A stretch of 64,000 nt of DNA from Nitrospirota bacterium (GCA_963751455.1 CAVVUN010000006.1:1-64000), one strand, 5' to 3'. Numbered from the stretch's first letter, positions 30,848 to 41,127 are shown. The notes: generated from the letters alone by a model not told the origin. A program made the numbers and translations.

Positions 30848-32440
30848 TCAGCTTTTCTTTCTCGTCCTTAACAGTTTGTATTCAATACTGTCGACCAGCG
30901 CTTGCCAGCTTGCCTCGATCACATTTTCAGAGACGCCTACAGTGCCCCACTTGTTTTTGCCGTCCCCGGATTCGATCAACACGCGAACGCGGGCCGCGGT
31001 CCCTTCTACTGCGGTCAGCACCCTGACTTTATAGTCAAGCAGCCGGACATTTTCCAGTCCCTTGCCGGGGAAATACTTGGGAAGGATCTTACGGAGTGCC
31101 TTGTCCAGCGCGTTCACGGGTCCGTTGCCCCACGCCGCCGTATGTTCTACATTTCCGTTGACTTCGACCGTAATCGTTGCCTCGCTTACGGGACTGGGAT
31201 CAACTTTCCTTTTTTCCGTCAGAATCCGGTAATCGATCCGGTCGAACATATTGAATACGGATTCGTACGTGTGCCCGGCGCGAAGCATGAGCAGCTCCAG
31301 TGAACCCTCGGCGCCTTCAAATTCGTACCCTTCATTTTCAAGTTCTTTGACTTTTCTCAGAATCGTACCGAGTTCAGGGCTGTGCTTGGTCAGGGGTATC
31401 CCGAGTTCCATGGCTTTCTGGATAATGTTGCTCTTGCCCGCCATATCGGAAACGAGGATACGTCGCTTGTTCCCGACGAGCTCAGGTATGACATGTTCAT
31501 AGGTAAGTGTATTCTTGGCCATGGCATCCACATGCATGCCTCCCTTATGGGCGAACGCGCTGTCACCGATGTACGGCTGGCGCTTGCGATGCGGCAAATT
31601 CGCAAGTTCGTCCACGTAGCGCGACAAGTCGCGCAGTTTTGCCAGGTTCTCATTTGACGTACACTCAATCCCCATTTTTAGCTTCAATGCCGGGATTACG
31701 GAACAAAGGTTCGCGTTGCCGCAACGCTCGCCGTAGCCGTTGATCGTGCCATGGACTTGAACGGCGCCAAGCTTAACGGCGGCCAGGGAATTCGCCACAG
31801 CAACACCGGAGTCATTATGCGCGTGAATGCCGAACGGCGCTTTGACTTTTTTCTTGACCTCCCTGATGATCGTTTCCATTTCCCAGGGGAGGGTGCCGCC
31901 GTTCGTATCGCACAAAACAAGACACGCTGCTCCGGCGGCCTCAGCGGTCAATAACGTGTGTACGGCGTAATCGGGGTTCGCTTTGTATCCGTCGAAAAAG
32001 TGTTCGGCGTCATAGATGACCTCGTCCATATGCTTTTTCAGGAACAATATCGAGTCGCGTATCATTTTGAGATTTTCTTCGAGCGCGACACTCAGCGCCT
32101 TGTGCACATGGAGGTCCCATGATTTGCCGAAGATGGCGGCTGCGTACGCCCCGGAGGCAACGAGCGCTTTTAAACTCGGATCTTCCGCGGCTTTCATCTT
32201 TGCGCGGCGGGTTGCGCCGAAGGCGACCAGCTTCGCCTTTTTCAGTTTGACCTGCTGCATCTCCTTGAAAAACTGCACGTCTCGCGGGTTCGACCCCGGC
32301 CAGCCGCCCTCGATGTAATGCACTCCGAACTGGTCGAGTTTTTTCGCCACGCGCACCATGTCCTCGACCGAGAAGTTTACGTCCTCTGCCTGGGCCCCGT
32401 CACGGAGGGTGGTATCGTATAGTTGAACTCTGGATTTCAT
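30848..32440 (-). CDS. cimA: Citramalate synthase
   Basis: YDTTLRDGAQ, EGGWPGSNP, DAEHFFDG, HAHND, GERCGN, AFAHKGG; adjacent to lysC. Confidence 0.9.
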   Translation of the reverse strand: MKSRVQLYDTTLRDGAQAEDVNFSVEDMVRVAKKLDQFGVHYIEGGWPGSNPRDVQFFKEMQQVKLKKAKLVAFGATRRAKMKAAEDPSLKALVASGAYAAAIFGKSWDLHVHKALSVALEENLKMIRDSILFLKKHMDEVIYDAEHFFDGYKANPDYAVHTLLTAEAAGAACLVLCDTNGGTLPWEMETIIREVKKKVKAPFGIHAHNDSGVAVANSLAAVKLGAVQVHGTINGYGERCGNANLCSVIPALKLKMGIECTSNENLAKLRDLSRYVDELANLPHRKRQPYIGDSAFAHKGGMHVDAMAKNTLTYEHVIPELVGNKRRILVSDMAGKSNIIQKAMELGIPLTKHSPELGTILRKVKELENEGYEFEGAEGSLELLMLRAGHTYESVFNMFDRIDYRILTEKRKVDPSPVSEATITVEVNGNVEHTAAWGNGPVNALDKALRKILPKYFPGKGLENVRLLDYKVRVLTAVEGTAARVRVLIESGDGKNKWGTVGVSENVIEASWQALVDSIEYKLLRTRKKS

Positions 32441-32480
32441 AATCTGCCTGGCTTTATTCTTGGCTCGTTCGGAATTACTT

Positions 32481-32614
32481 ATTGCGGATTTCGGATTGCG
32501 GATTGCGGATTGAAAACCGCTACACGATTCTGATTTCATTCCGCATTCCGCCTGCGCCCAGCGCTTACGAGTGCGGCTGCGCGGAGTGCAGGGCGCAATC
32601 TACAATCCGCAATT
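32481..32614. repeat. Inverted heptamer-repeat hairpin (ATTGCGG/CCGCAAT family) with a nested 42-bp insert
   Basis: ATTGCGG ATTTCGG ATTGCGG ATTGCGG ... CATTCCG CATTCCG [CCTGC...GCAGG] GCGCAAT CTACAAT CCGCAAT. Confidence 0.85.
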
Positions 32615-33830
32615 AGGCGGCTTTCTCCAGTTCGAATGTTTCGTGAAGCACCCTGACCGCCAGTTCCGTATACTTTGCGTCTATCACGCAGGAGATTTTT
32701 ATCTCCGAGGTGCTGATCATCATGATGTTGATTCCTTCGCTGCCCATCGCGGAGAACATCTTGGCGGCCACACCGGAATGGGAGCGCATGCCTACGCCGA
32801 TGATCGACACCTTGGCGATGTCTTCCTTTACATTGACGCTCTTCGCCCCTATTTCGGCAACGACCTTTTTCATCAGTTCGAGAATTTTTTTGGAATCGGT
32901 CCTGGCCACGGTAAAAGACATATCCGTAAGACCCGCCTCTCCGATGTTCTGAATGATCATGTCGACGCTGATGGTGTTCGTCGATATTTCGTTGAATATT
33001 CTGGCTGCTACTCCCGGTTTGTCCGGCACACCGGCTACCGTAACCTTCACCTGGTTCTTATCGTATGCCACGCCGGATACAACCACTCTCTCCATGTCGG
33101 AATCCTCCTTGGTCACGAGCGTCCCCGGGTTGTCGTTGAAACTTGAAAGCACCCGCACCGGGACATTATATTTTTTCGCAAACTCGACCGACCGGGTCTG
33201 AAGGACCTTGGCGCCGAGACTCGCCATCTTGAGCATTTCATCGTAGGATATCTTGTCGAGTTTCCTCGCCTGGGGCACCATGTTCGGGTCGGTCGTGTAG
33301 ACCCCGTCCACGTCGGTATAGATATCGCAGAAATCGGCATTAAGCGCAGCCGCGACCGCGACGGCAGTCAGGTCAGAACCGCCGCGGCCCAACGTGGTCA
33401 CGTCGGACTGTTCGTTGATGCCCTGGAAGCCGGCGACCACAGCCACCTTGCCTTCCTTGACCGCGCAACTGATCCGGTCGCCCGTAATTTTTTCGATGCG
33501 CGCTTTCGTATGCACGCTGTCGGAAATGATTCCCGCCTGCCTTCCGGTAAAGGACTGGGCCTTGTACCCCAGCGATTGAATCGCCATTGCAAGCAGAGCT
33601 ATGGTCACGCGTTCCCCGGTCGAGACGAGCATATCCATTTCCCGCGGGTCGGGATTGTCGCTCACCTGGGAAGCCAGGTTAATTAACTTGTCTGTCTCGC
33701 CGCTCATGGCCGAGACTACGACGACGACATCATGACCTTCCTGCCGGGCCCTGCAAACACGCCGGGCCACGTTTTTAATGCGCTCGGGGTTTCCTACCGA
33801 CGTACCGCCGTACTTTTGAACGATCAGCAA
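32613..33830 (-). CDS. lysC: Aspartate kinase
   Basis: [23 protein letters not shown], two ACT domains. Confidence 0.96.
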   Translation of the reverse strand: MLIVQKYGGTSVGNPERIKNVARRVCRARQEGHDVVVVVSAMSGETDKLINLASQVSDNPDPREMDMLVSTGERVTIALLAMAIQSLGYKAQSFTGRQAGIISDSVHTKARIEKITGDRISCAVKEGKVAVVAGFQGINEQSDVTTLGRGGSDLTAVAVAAALNADFCDIYTDVDGVYTTDPNMVPQARKLDKISYDEMLKMASLGAKVLQTRSVEFAKKYNVPVRVLSSFNDNPGTLVTKEDSDMERVVVSGVAYDKNQVKVTVAGVPDKPGVAARIFNEISTNTISVDMIIQNIGEAGLTDMSFTVARTDSKKILELMKKVVAEIGAKSVNVKEDIAKVSIIGVGMRSHSGVAAKMFSAMGSEGINIMMISTSEIKISCVIDAKYTELAVRVLHETFELEKAA

Positions 33831-33920
33831 CTTTTTCCTCCGGAAATTGATTTGGCACAGAGCATTGCGAATGGAGCAGCCGGCATTGTCGTCGTCTGAT
33901 CCTGCGCTTTGCGCTCTATT

Positions 33921-35150
33921 TTATTGCACCTTTAAAAAATAATCCATCAGCATATGCCCCTCTTTAAATACCAGGGCATCCTTCCTGTACGCTATGCGCT
34001 CGTCGTAGGTAACCGGATCTCCTTGCCGCTCCTGCCTGGTATCGTAGAGTACGAACGGAACGGGCTCGTTCGAATGGGTCCTGAGCTCGACCGGCGTCGG
34101 ATGGTCGGGAAGCGCAAGTATGCGGTATTCGTCGAATTGCGTCATGCCGTGAATAATATTGCCGACCACTAACTCATCAAAGTCCTCGATCGCCTTTATT
34201 TTGTTTTCAAGGTCCCCTGAATGGCCTGCTTCGTCAGGCGCCTCCACATGCACATACGCGATATCCTTTGTCTTCAGGGCAAACAGCGCGTGCTCCGCTT
34301 TGCCGATATAATTCGTATCCAGCCACCCGGTCGCCCCCGGCACATTAACCACTTCGAATCCGGCATACACGCCGATGCCTTTGGTAAGGTCGACTGCTGA
34401 TATCATTGAACCTTCCAGTCCGTACTTTTCCCTGAACGTCGGCATAACGGGCCTTCGGCCCTGGCCCCAAAGCCAGATGCTGTTTGCGGGCCGCTTGCCC
34501 TTTTCGAGCCTGGCCTTATTGACGGGATGAGCAAGAAGAATTTCGGTTGAAGCTTCCATCAAAGCATTGATGATTTCATCACCGTCCCCGCGGGGCAGGT
34601 AGTCCTGGATGTCCCTGTCGAGAATGTCATGCGGAGGACTGCATTCCATTTTGTCCTTGCCCCGCTTCCATACCATAAGATGACGGTAGCTGACTCCCGG
34701 GTAAAAACGTATCTGATCGGATCCGAGTTTGGCGTCAATCTCCTCGATAAGCAGCCTGGCTTCTTCAGTGCTGATATGGCTGGCGCTGAAATCCTCCATG
34801 ATCGCATTCCGCCCTCGACCGCCGACCGCCTTACCTCCTCTGATGCGGAGCGTCACCAGGTTGCAGCGGTAGGCGATGTCATCAGAAACCAGCTCGACGC
34901 CCATGCTCGCAGCCTCGAGCGGAGACCGGCCGGTATAACAGATTTTGGGATCATACCCCATGACTGAGAGATTTGCGACATCGCTGCCGGGCGGGAACCC
35001 TTCCGGTATCGTATGCACCATTCCGACCTGCCCCAGCGTGGCGAGCCGGTCAAGATTCGGCGTTTTGGCGGCCTGCAGGCATGTCTTGCCTCCGAGCTTC
35101 GCATGCGGCCTGTCCGACATGCCGTCACCGAGTAAAATGATATATTTCAT
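33921..35150 (-). CDS. apgM: Cofactor-independent phosphoglycerate mutase family protein (ApgM; proposed homoserine kinase)
   Basis: LLGDGMSD, PGSDVAN, GVSYRH, HVEAPDEAGH, DHPTP; located in an aspartate-pathway operon. Confidence 0.85.
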   Translation of the reverse strand: MKYIILLGDGMSDRPHAKLGGKTCLQAAKTPNLDRLATLGQVGMVHTIPEGFPPGSDVANLSVMGYDPKICYTGRSPLEAASMGVELVSDDIAYRCNLVTLRIRGGKAVGGRGRNAIMEDFSASHISTEEARLLIEEIDAKLGSDQIRFYPGVSYRHLMVWKRGKDKMECSPPHDILDRDIQDYLPRGDGDEIINALMEASTEILLAHPVNKARLEKGKRPANSIWLWGQGRRPVMPTFREKYGLEGSMISAVDLTKGIGVYAGFEVVNVPGATGWLDTNYIGKAEHALFALKTKDIAYVHVEAPDEAGHSGDLENKIKAIEDFDELVVGNIIHGMTQFDEYRILALPDHPTPVELRTHSNEPVPFVLYDTRQERQGDPVTYDERIAYRKDALVFKEGHMLMDYFLKVQ

Positions 35151-35236
35151 AGTGAAATCGAATCCAAAGAACAGAGCCAGGTTGAGAAAAACCCGGATCA
35201 CGAAATCTGCGTTATTTCAATTACGATACGAACTCA

Positions 35237-35479
35237 TTAAGAAGCCTGCTTTTCGTCTTCTACTGCTTCGATCTGCACCCCACGTTCTTTAAGATAGTTA
35301 ATGCCTGCCTCGAGTTTATTTTCCGCCCCCTCAAGTTCGAGCACGACCTCGCCGACGCTTTCAGTGACTTTTGCGCGGCGGATATTCGGCATAACCTCGA
35401 ACTTTTTGGCCATTGTAAAGATCACCGGTTCTTTTATAAGTTCCTGTGGAAAAGTCATCTTGATTCTCTTAATTGCCAT
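35237..35479 (-). CDS. NIL domain protein
   Basis: FP..LIKEPVI....F.V.PNIRRA.V....G.VVLELEG. Confidence 0.85.
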   Translation of the reverse strand: MAIKRIKMTFPQELIKEPVIFTMAKKFEVMPNIRRAKVTESVGEVVLELEGAENKLEAGINYLKERGVQIEAVEDEKQAS

Positions 35480-35582
35480 AGCGCTCCTCCCTGTGTCGAA
35501 TCAGAGATGAACCGGAAACAGAAGAATGGGAGAATGGTAAAGCAAGCTTTCACCGGTTCACGGATTCACCGCGTATTTGCGA

Positions 35583-35858
35583 CTACCTCCCGCCGGCAAT
35601 CGCGGGTACAATGGAAATATTATCGCCGTCCTTCAGCGTTGTCTCTTCCTTGCTTAAAAAACGGATATCCTCTTCGTTCACGTAGATATTGATGAACCGC
35701 CTTATCTTGCCGCCTTCCGACAGCCGCTCCTTCATCCCGGGGAAATCCTTTTCAAGCACTTCCACAAGTTCAGAAATATTCTTCGCGCGGCACTCGACTT
35801 CCGCCTTTCCGCTGGTGATCTTCTGGAGCGGAGTTGGTATTCGTACTTTAATTGCCAT
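35583..35858 (-). CDS. MoaD/ThiS/CysO ubiquitin-like sulfur carrier with one residue after the di-Gly
   Basis: VRIPTPL...[14 protein letters not shown]...IVPAIAGG-R-stop. Confidence 0.92.
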   Translation of the reverse strand: MAIKVRIPTPLQKITSGKAEVECRAKNISELVEVLEKDFPGMKERLSEGGKIRRFINIYVNEEDIRFLSKEETTLKDGDNISIVPAIAGGR

Positions 35859-35959
35859 TGCTGCTCCTCCTGAATGAGCCCTTTTAAAAGCCGGCTTATT
35901 GATGAAACAACGTCCTTCCTCGAATCCGTTCGATGCCCGGGGCGGAACCGCCGCGTGCC

Positions 35960-36394
35960 TTATTCGGCCTTCAGAACAATTTCGCTCACGTTACCTTCCT
36001 CTATCAGAAATCCTCTTGCCACAGGCTTTAAACGATCCAGGAGAGACACGATTACATATACGGCGTCCGGATAGTTCGGCAACTGCGTACCCGGCCAGTA
36101 TGCGTTATTGACGTCAACCGGCGACGGATAGGCCTGCCCGGAAGGATGCGAGTGGAAGAGACCGATCATCATGAGGCCTGAATCGCGGATTTCTTTCATA
36201 ACCTTGAACTGCTCCTCAGGGTCCATTTCGTAATAGTCGGGGCCCGGTTTCGCATTCTTCATTACGTATACTTTTTCGACGGAGCCGTCTTTGCCCGCGA
36301 GCATGCCGCACGCCTCGTTCGGGAACCCTGCGAGGCAGTGCTCGTACATTTTCTGAAGGTCGTATTTTTTAATATGTAACATGGGAGGTACCAT
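35960..36394 (-). CDS. JAB/Mov34 (M67) metallopeptidase
   Basis: PNEACG and FHSHP......S..D JAMM motif. Confidence 0.92.
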   Translation of the reverse strand: MVPPMLHIKKYDLQKMYEHCLAGFPNEACGMLAGKDGSVEKVYVMKNAKPGPDYYEMDPEEQFKVMKEIRDSGLMMIGLFHSHPSGQAYPSPVDVNNAYWPGTQLPNYPDAVYVIVSLLDRLKPVARGFLIEEGNVSEIVLKAE

Positions 36395-36430
36395 ATTGTT
36401 AAGGAAGCGCTGCGTCCCCTCTTATTCGTC

Positions 36431-36507
36431 AATCCGAAATCCGCAATCCGCCTGCGCCCAGCGCTTACGAGTGCAGCTTGCGCGAGTGCAGGGTGAAATC
36501 CGCAATT
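36431..36507. repeat. CCGCAAT-family tract with the same nested 42-bp insert
   Basis: AATCCGA AATCCGC AATCCG [CCTGCGCCCAGCGCTTACGAGTGC...GAGTGCAGG] GTGAAAT CCGCAAT. Confidence 0.8.
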
Positions 36508-36508
36508 T

Positions 36509-37312
36509 TTAATGGCTCATCGAGCAGAACTGCTCGTAATCGATCAGTTCCGTGATTGTCGGATGTTCTCCGCAGACGGGGCACTCCTTGTTGTGCGGCA
36601 CTTTTACGATCCGGAAATTCATGTCCAGCGCGTTCCATAACAGAAGCCTGCCCTTCAGCGGGTCACCGATGTCGAGGATCGCCTTGATCACTTCTGTGGC
36701 CTGCAGCGTGCCGATGACCCCGGTCACGACTCCCAGTATGCCGGCCTCCTGGCAGGACGGCACCATCCCGGCCGGCGGCGGCACCTCGAAGAGACAACGA
36801 TAACACGGCCCCTTGCCCGGATAGATGCTGATAACCTGACCTTCGAACCTGAAAACAGCCGCGCTTATCAGGATCTTCCCGAGCATGACGCAGGCGTCGT
36901 TGACCAGATAACGGGTCGGGAAATTATCGCTCCCGTCCACCACAATGTCATAATTGCGGATGATGTCTTTAATGTTAGCGGAGGACAGCCGCTCCTTGTG
37001 GGTAACGACTTTTACGTCGTGATTGAGGGTTTCGTATGTTTCCTTGGCGGAATCGGCCTTCAGCACCCCGAGCCTGCTCGTATTATGCGCTATCTGGCGC
37101 TGCAGGTTAGATATTTCGACGCGGTCATTGTCGATCACGCCGATAGTGCCCACCCCGGCCGCTGCAAGGTAGTATCCGACCGGCGAGCCAAGTCCTCCGG
37201 CGCCCACGAGAGCGACCTTCGCGTTCAGGATTTTCTCCTGCCCCTCGCCGCCCACCTCGGGCAGCAGAATATGCCTGCTGTAGCGCAGAATCTGGTCTTC
37301 GGTAAATTCCAT
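36509..37312 (-). CDS. MoeB/ThiF E1-like adenylyltransferase
   Basis: RYSRHI, GAGGLG, SNLQRQ, DNFPTRY, CYRC, SCQEAG, CPVC; no rhodanese fusion. Confidence 0.93.
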   Translation of the reverse strand: MEFTEDQILRYSRHILLPEVGGEGQEKILNAKVALVGAGGLGSPVGYYLAAAGVGTIGVIDNDRVEISNLQRQIAHNTSRLGVLKADSAKETYETLNHDVKVVTHKERLSSANIKDIIRNYDIVVDGSDNFPTRYLVNDACVMLGKILISAAVFRFEGQVISIYPGKGPCYRCLFEVPPPAGMVPSCQEAGILGVVTGVIGTLQATEVIKAILDIGDPLKGRLLLWNALDMNFRIVKVPHNKECPVCGEHPTITELIDYEQFCSMSH

Positions 37313-37320
37313 GATTCTCC

Positions 37321-37376
37321 ATTTCGGATTTCAGATTTCGGATTTATTTTCAATCCGCATTCTGCCTTCCGCAATT
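37321..37376. repeat. Inverted heptamer-repeat hairpin (ATTTCGG/CCGCAAT family)
   Basis: ATTTCGG ATTTCAG ATTTCGG ... AATCCGC ATTCTGC CTTCCGC AATT. Confidence 0.8.
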
Positions 37377-37636
37377 TATTTCTTCAACTTCTCTCTGTCT
37401 TTTCTCACGTATATATGCCACTCTTTTTCGCCCTGCTGTTCGATCTTCAGGACCTTCTGTCCTTCGTTCTCCATGCTTTTCGGAACGTTCTCCGACGCGG
37501 CCTTGTGGTCGGTTATGATCTGGAGCACTTCGCCGACATTCATCTTTTCTATCGCCAGCTTGGACCGGACGAATGTATAGGGGCATACTTGCCCTTTGAT
37601 ATCGATCGTCTTATCTGCTTTTATTTCAACTGCCAT
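37376..37636 (-). CDS. TusA/SirA family sulfurtransferase
   Basis: IDIKGQVCPY motif. Confidence 0.9.
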   Translation of the reverse strand: MAVEIKADKTIDIKGQVCPYTFVRSKLAIEKMNVGEVLQIITDHKAASENVPKSMENEGQKVLKIEQQGEKEWHIYVRKDREKLKK

Positions 37637-37708
37637 TGTACCTCTGCATTAAAATTTGAAGCCTGTTATTAATTGATATGTGCTATGTAATTTTGAATTG
37701 TGGGCTTT

Positions 37709-39016
37709 CTACTTTCCTTCTTCGACCCGTATGACGGTCGTTGCGCCCGCTACGCAATCCATCCTGTTTATCTCATCGAGCGCTCTCCGGACGTCGCGCT
37801 CTACCGCGTCGTGCGTCATCATCACAACCGGCACGGCTTCGTCCACCTTCCGTCCCTTTTGAATCATTGATGAGATGCTGATGTTGTTTTTTCCCAGCAC
37901 GCCGGTGATGCGCGACAAAACGCCCGGTTTGTCCAATGCCGAGAACCGCAGATAATAGCAGGATGTTATGTCGTCCATTTTACGGATTGCAAGAGACCTG
38001 CGGTCGCGGAATGCAGCCACGGGCGAGCGGTCCTTTAAGCCTGCAATGATGTCCCTGCCGATCTCAATGATGTCGCTGACGACGGCGCTGCCGGTCGGCA
38101 TGTCGCCGGCGCCCCTGCCGTAAAACATGGTGGAGCCGACCGCGTCGCCCACAACGGAAAGCGCGTTGAAAACCCCGTCGACAGACGCAATCGGATAGCT
38201 CTCGGGCAGCATGGTAGGATGAACACGCGCTTCTATTTCTCCGTCGACCATCTTCGTTATGGCCAGCAGTTTTATCTTATATCCGAGGTCTCGTGCGAAA
38301 TCTATGTCGAGCGGGGTTATCTTCGAAATGCCCTCGGTGTAAATCTCGTTAAACTTGACCGGGGTCCCGAAGGCAAGCATCGTGAGGATTGCCAGTTTAT
38401 GGGCCGAATCGACGCCCTCTATATCGAACGTGGGGTCGGCCTCGGCGTATCCCTTGGCCTGCGCCTCCTTCAGCACCTCGTCGAATTTTCGGCCTTCGTT
38501 CGTCATGAGCGTAAGAATGTAATTACACGTGCCGTTTACGATGCCGTGGATCGACTGAAGATTATTTGCGGCAAGACCGTTCCTGACAGCTGCAAGAATC
38601 GGGATACCTCCGGCCACGGCCGCTTCAAAACCCACGGTTACTCCGGCCTGCTCGGCCGCAGCATAAATTTCCTCGCCGTGCACGGCCAAAAGCGCCTTGT
38701 TCGCCGTCACGACGTGTTTTTTGTTCTTTATCGCCTCGAGAATGAACTCTTTGGCCGGTTTGTATCCGCCTATGAGCTCTACGACGATATCGATGTCAGG
38801 ATCAGCGACAACCCGCTTCACGTCCGTCGTAAGGGCCGTCTCATTCAGTGAAATTCCCCTGTTCCGTTCGATGTCCAGATCCGCTATCGTTTTCAGAAGA
38901 ACCGGCTTCCCGAGTCTTCTTCTGATCGTCTCCGCATTTTCCATTATTATGCGGGCAGTGCCTGTGCCGACCGTGCCGAAGCCGATAAGGCCGACGTTAA
39001 TCGATTTTTTAGGCAA
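37709..39016 (-). CDS. hom: Homoserine dehydrogenase
   Basis: GFGTVG, VVTANK, EAAVAGGIP, GYAEADP, ACT domain. Confidence 0.96.
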   Translation of the reverse strand: MPKKSINVGLIGFGTVGTGTARIIMENAETIRRRLGKPVLLKTIADLDIERNRGISLNETALTTDVKRVVADPDIDIVVELIGGYKPAKEFILEAIKNKKHVVTANKALLAVHGEEIYAAAEQAGVTVGFEAAVAGGIPILAAVRNGLAANNLQSIHGIVNGTCNYILTLMTNEGRKFDEVLKEAQAKGYAEADPTFDIEGVDSAHKLAILTMLAFGTPVKFNEIYTEGISKITPLDIDFARDLGYKIKLLAITKMVDGEIEARVHPTMLPESYPIASVDGVFNALSVVGDAVGSTMFYGRGAGDMPTGSAVVSDIIEIGRDIIAGLKDRSPVAAFRDRRSLAIRKMDDITSCYYLRFSALDKPGVLSRITGVLGKNNISISSMIQKGRKVDEAVPVVMMTHDAVERDVRRALDEINRMDCVAGATTVIRVEEGK

Positions 39017-39437
39017 GTTCCATTCCTCTTTTTATCATGATAGTGACCTAATTTCGGGATGCTTAAGGCGTAATCAGCGAAGGGTTTCCCGCCGCGGCAA
39101 CTTGTTATCTTTCAAAGAATTTGATCTAACCATTCAATTTAAAAAGTAAAATTGATAATAATGCAGTATGACAGTTTTGTCAATAAAAAACAGTTGCTGC
39201 GAGCAGCAGCCTAAAGCGGTAGCCGACAAGTGGAGCGTGTTGAAAAAAAACTGCGGCGTCGGAAAAAACCGAATAGTATCTTAAGGATTCACACCTTTTG
39301 CGAAACTTGCTTTATCGCGTATTGTGACTCTGGAATTAAAAATTTGATTTCAGCCCTCTTTTGTGATACTTTTGTATAATAATTTATTGTGTCTTTTTGT
39401 GCTTAACACTCCCCGAAAAGGAGCAGGAGATCCAGTC

Positions 39438-40784
39438 ATGAAAAAACGGCTTTTGACCATAATACTTTTCGTCGCTTTTGCCGTCGGTTTAGCATCCACT
39501 GCATCGGCCGAGTTTAAAAAGACAAAGATCGCGGTTCTCGATTTTCAGCTGCAGGGAATGAGAAACGACAGCTCGGACATGGGCAAGATCGTTGCGGAAT
39601 GGTTGATTACCGCGCTTGTCAAGGAGGGGCGATTCGATGTGATCGAACGCAGGCTGCTCGAAAAGGTGCTCGAGGAACAAAAAATGGGCGCTTCGGGACT
39701 CGTCGATGAAAGCAGCGCGTCAAAACTGGGCAGGGTCCTGGGCGCCAAAATCGTAATCACGGGGTCCGTGATGCAGTTCCAGAAAGTGATGGAGGTCAAT
39801 GCGCGCATTATCGAAGTGGAAAGCAGTTCGATTATCGCTGCCGAAAATGTCAAGAGCACAAGCGCAGTGAAACTCGAGGACCTCGTGGTACAGATGGCGG
39901 AAAAGATCATCGCGGACTTCCCGCTCGAGGGGTACATTGTCCAGCGCGACGGAAACATGGTTCTCATTGACCTCGGCAAGCGCACGGGCGTCAAGAAGGA
40001 AATGCAGTTCATCGTTTACCGGGAAGGCAAGATCATAAAACATCCCAAAACCGGTGAGGTGCTCGACATTGAAATAATAAAAACAGGTACGGTCGAGATC
40101 AAGAACATCAAGATCAAGACCGCGGATGCCATCATCGTGGAAGAAACCGAGCCGGGGGCCGTCGCAAATGGACAGATGGTCAAAAGCGCCTCCGATGCCG
40201 TTCCTCATAGTGCTGATTCGAGGACAATTGATTCGGTACCCACCTCGGACGACGGGGACCTTGCTTCCCAGATTGCTTCGATCGACGCAATGATTCAAGA
40301 CCTGCGGCGTACCAAGATGAGCGGCAGCAGCGAATGGAAGATTAAATTCAAGAACGTTGATCGCAGCATAGACGTCGTCCAAAAACGCTATAAGAGGGCG
40401 CCCGAAGTCTATCTTTCGAGGGCAAAATCCATGGAGGCCATCGAAAGGCTCGCCCACGCCGAGAAATTCATACAAAAAGCTCTCTCGTTAAGCCACGACT
40501 ATCTCGCCGCGTACGTGCTCAGGGGGGATATATACGTCTGGGACGCCATGAAACCTTCTCCGCAGAACAGCAGAAGAAAAGATGTGAACTCAGCAGTCGA
40601 CGCATATGAATCGGCGATCGATAAGTCCAAAGATAAAGATTTTCAGGCAATGATGTACCTGAAGATAGGAAATGTTTACGCCGAGCTTGGAGAAAACCAG
40701 AAGAAAGCTAAAGAGTCCTGGCAGAAAGCCGTTGATACTGCGCCGGCCAGCGAAGGCGCCCGTCTTTCAAAGTTGAAAATGTGA
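39438..40784 (+). CDS. Secreted CsgG/FlgO-like domain protein with FlgT-like middle and C-terminal TPRs
   Basis: Signal peptide, KIAVLDF...FDVIERRLLEKVLEEQ...LGRVLGA, IDLG...GV, TPR-like tail. Confidence 0.7.
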   Translation: MKKRLLTIILFVAFAVGLASTASAEFKKTKIAVLDFQLQGMRNDSSDMGKIVAEWLITALVKEGRFDVIERRLLEKVLEEQKMGASGLVDESSASKLGRVLGAKIVITGSVMQFQKVMEVNARIIEVESSSIIAAENVKSTSAVKLEDLVVQMAEKIIADFPLEGYIVQRDGNMVLIDLGKRTGVKKEMQFIVYREGKIIKHPKTGEVLDIEIIKTGTVEIKNIKIKTADAIIVEETEPGAVANGQMVKSASDAVPHSADSRTIDSVPTSDDGDLASQIASIDAMIQDLRRTKMSGSSEWKIKFKNVDRSIDVVQKRYKRAPEVYLSRAKSMEAIERLAHAEKFIQKALSLSHDYLAAYVLRGDIYVWDAMKPSPQNSRRKDVNSAVDAYESAIDKSKDKDFQAMMYLKIGNVYAELGENQKKAKESWQKAVDTAPASEGARLSKLKM

Positions 40785-41127
40785 GAGCCGATCGAGGATG
40801 TGTCGCGTATGCGACCGCAGTAATCATAAGTTGAGGCCGACGCGGCTTTCAGAGAGCCATATTCTTTTCATTTGAATATTTCCTTGCAAATGTCTCTCAG
40901 CACGCAGTGCCGCTTTCGTGCTGCGCTCAATTTCAGCATTTTTAATTCCCCTCATTAATAGTTCCGTTTCCGCAAGCAGCCAGCGCTCCATATCGCTTCC
41001 CGCATTTGATGATATTTCGAATCGCCCCTCGTGCAGCATACAATCAAATCAGGCTTAAATCCGGAATCGCGTTATTGTGAAGAGAAGCGTGTTCTGTAAC
41101 TCCGATTTACTTATCCAAAACGAAGCA

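Noticed and set aside
35583-37636. E1 + JAB + ubiquitin-like genes as an antiviral conjugation system (Bil or CBASS Cap2/Cap3)
   Set aside because: No E2 or cyclase is present, TusA is present, and the genes sit in an amino-acid biosynthesis operon with core-like composition.
39017-39360. SAM, lysine or T-box riboswitch upstream of hom
   Set aside because: No conserved core motifs could be recognised by eye. An Rfam/Infernal scan would be needed.
40824-41039. 71-aa ORF with a DUF2934-like GSDMERWLLAETELL motif
   Set aside because: Only half of the motif is present and there is no clear SD; too weak to call.
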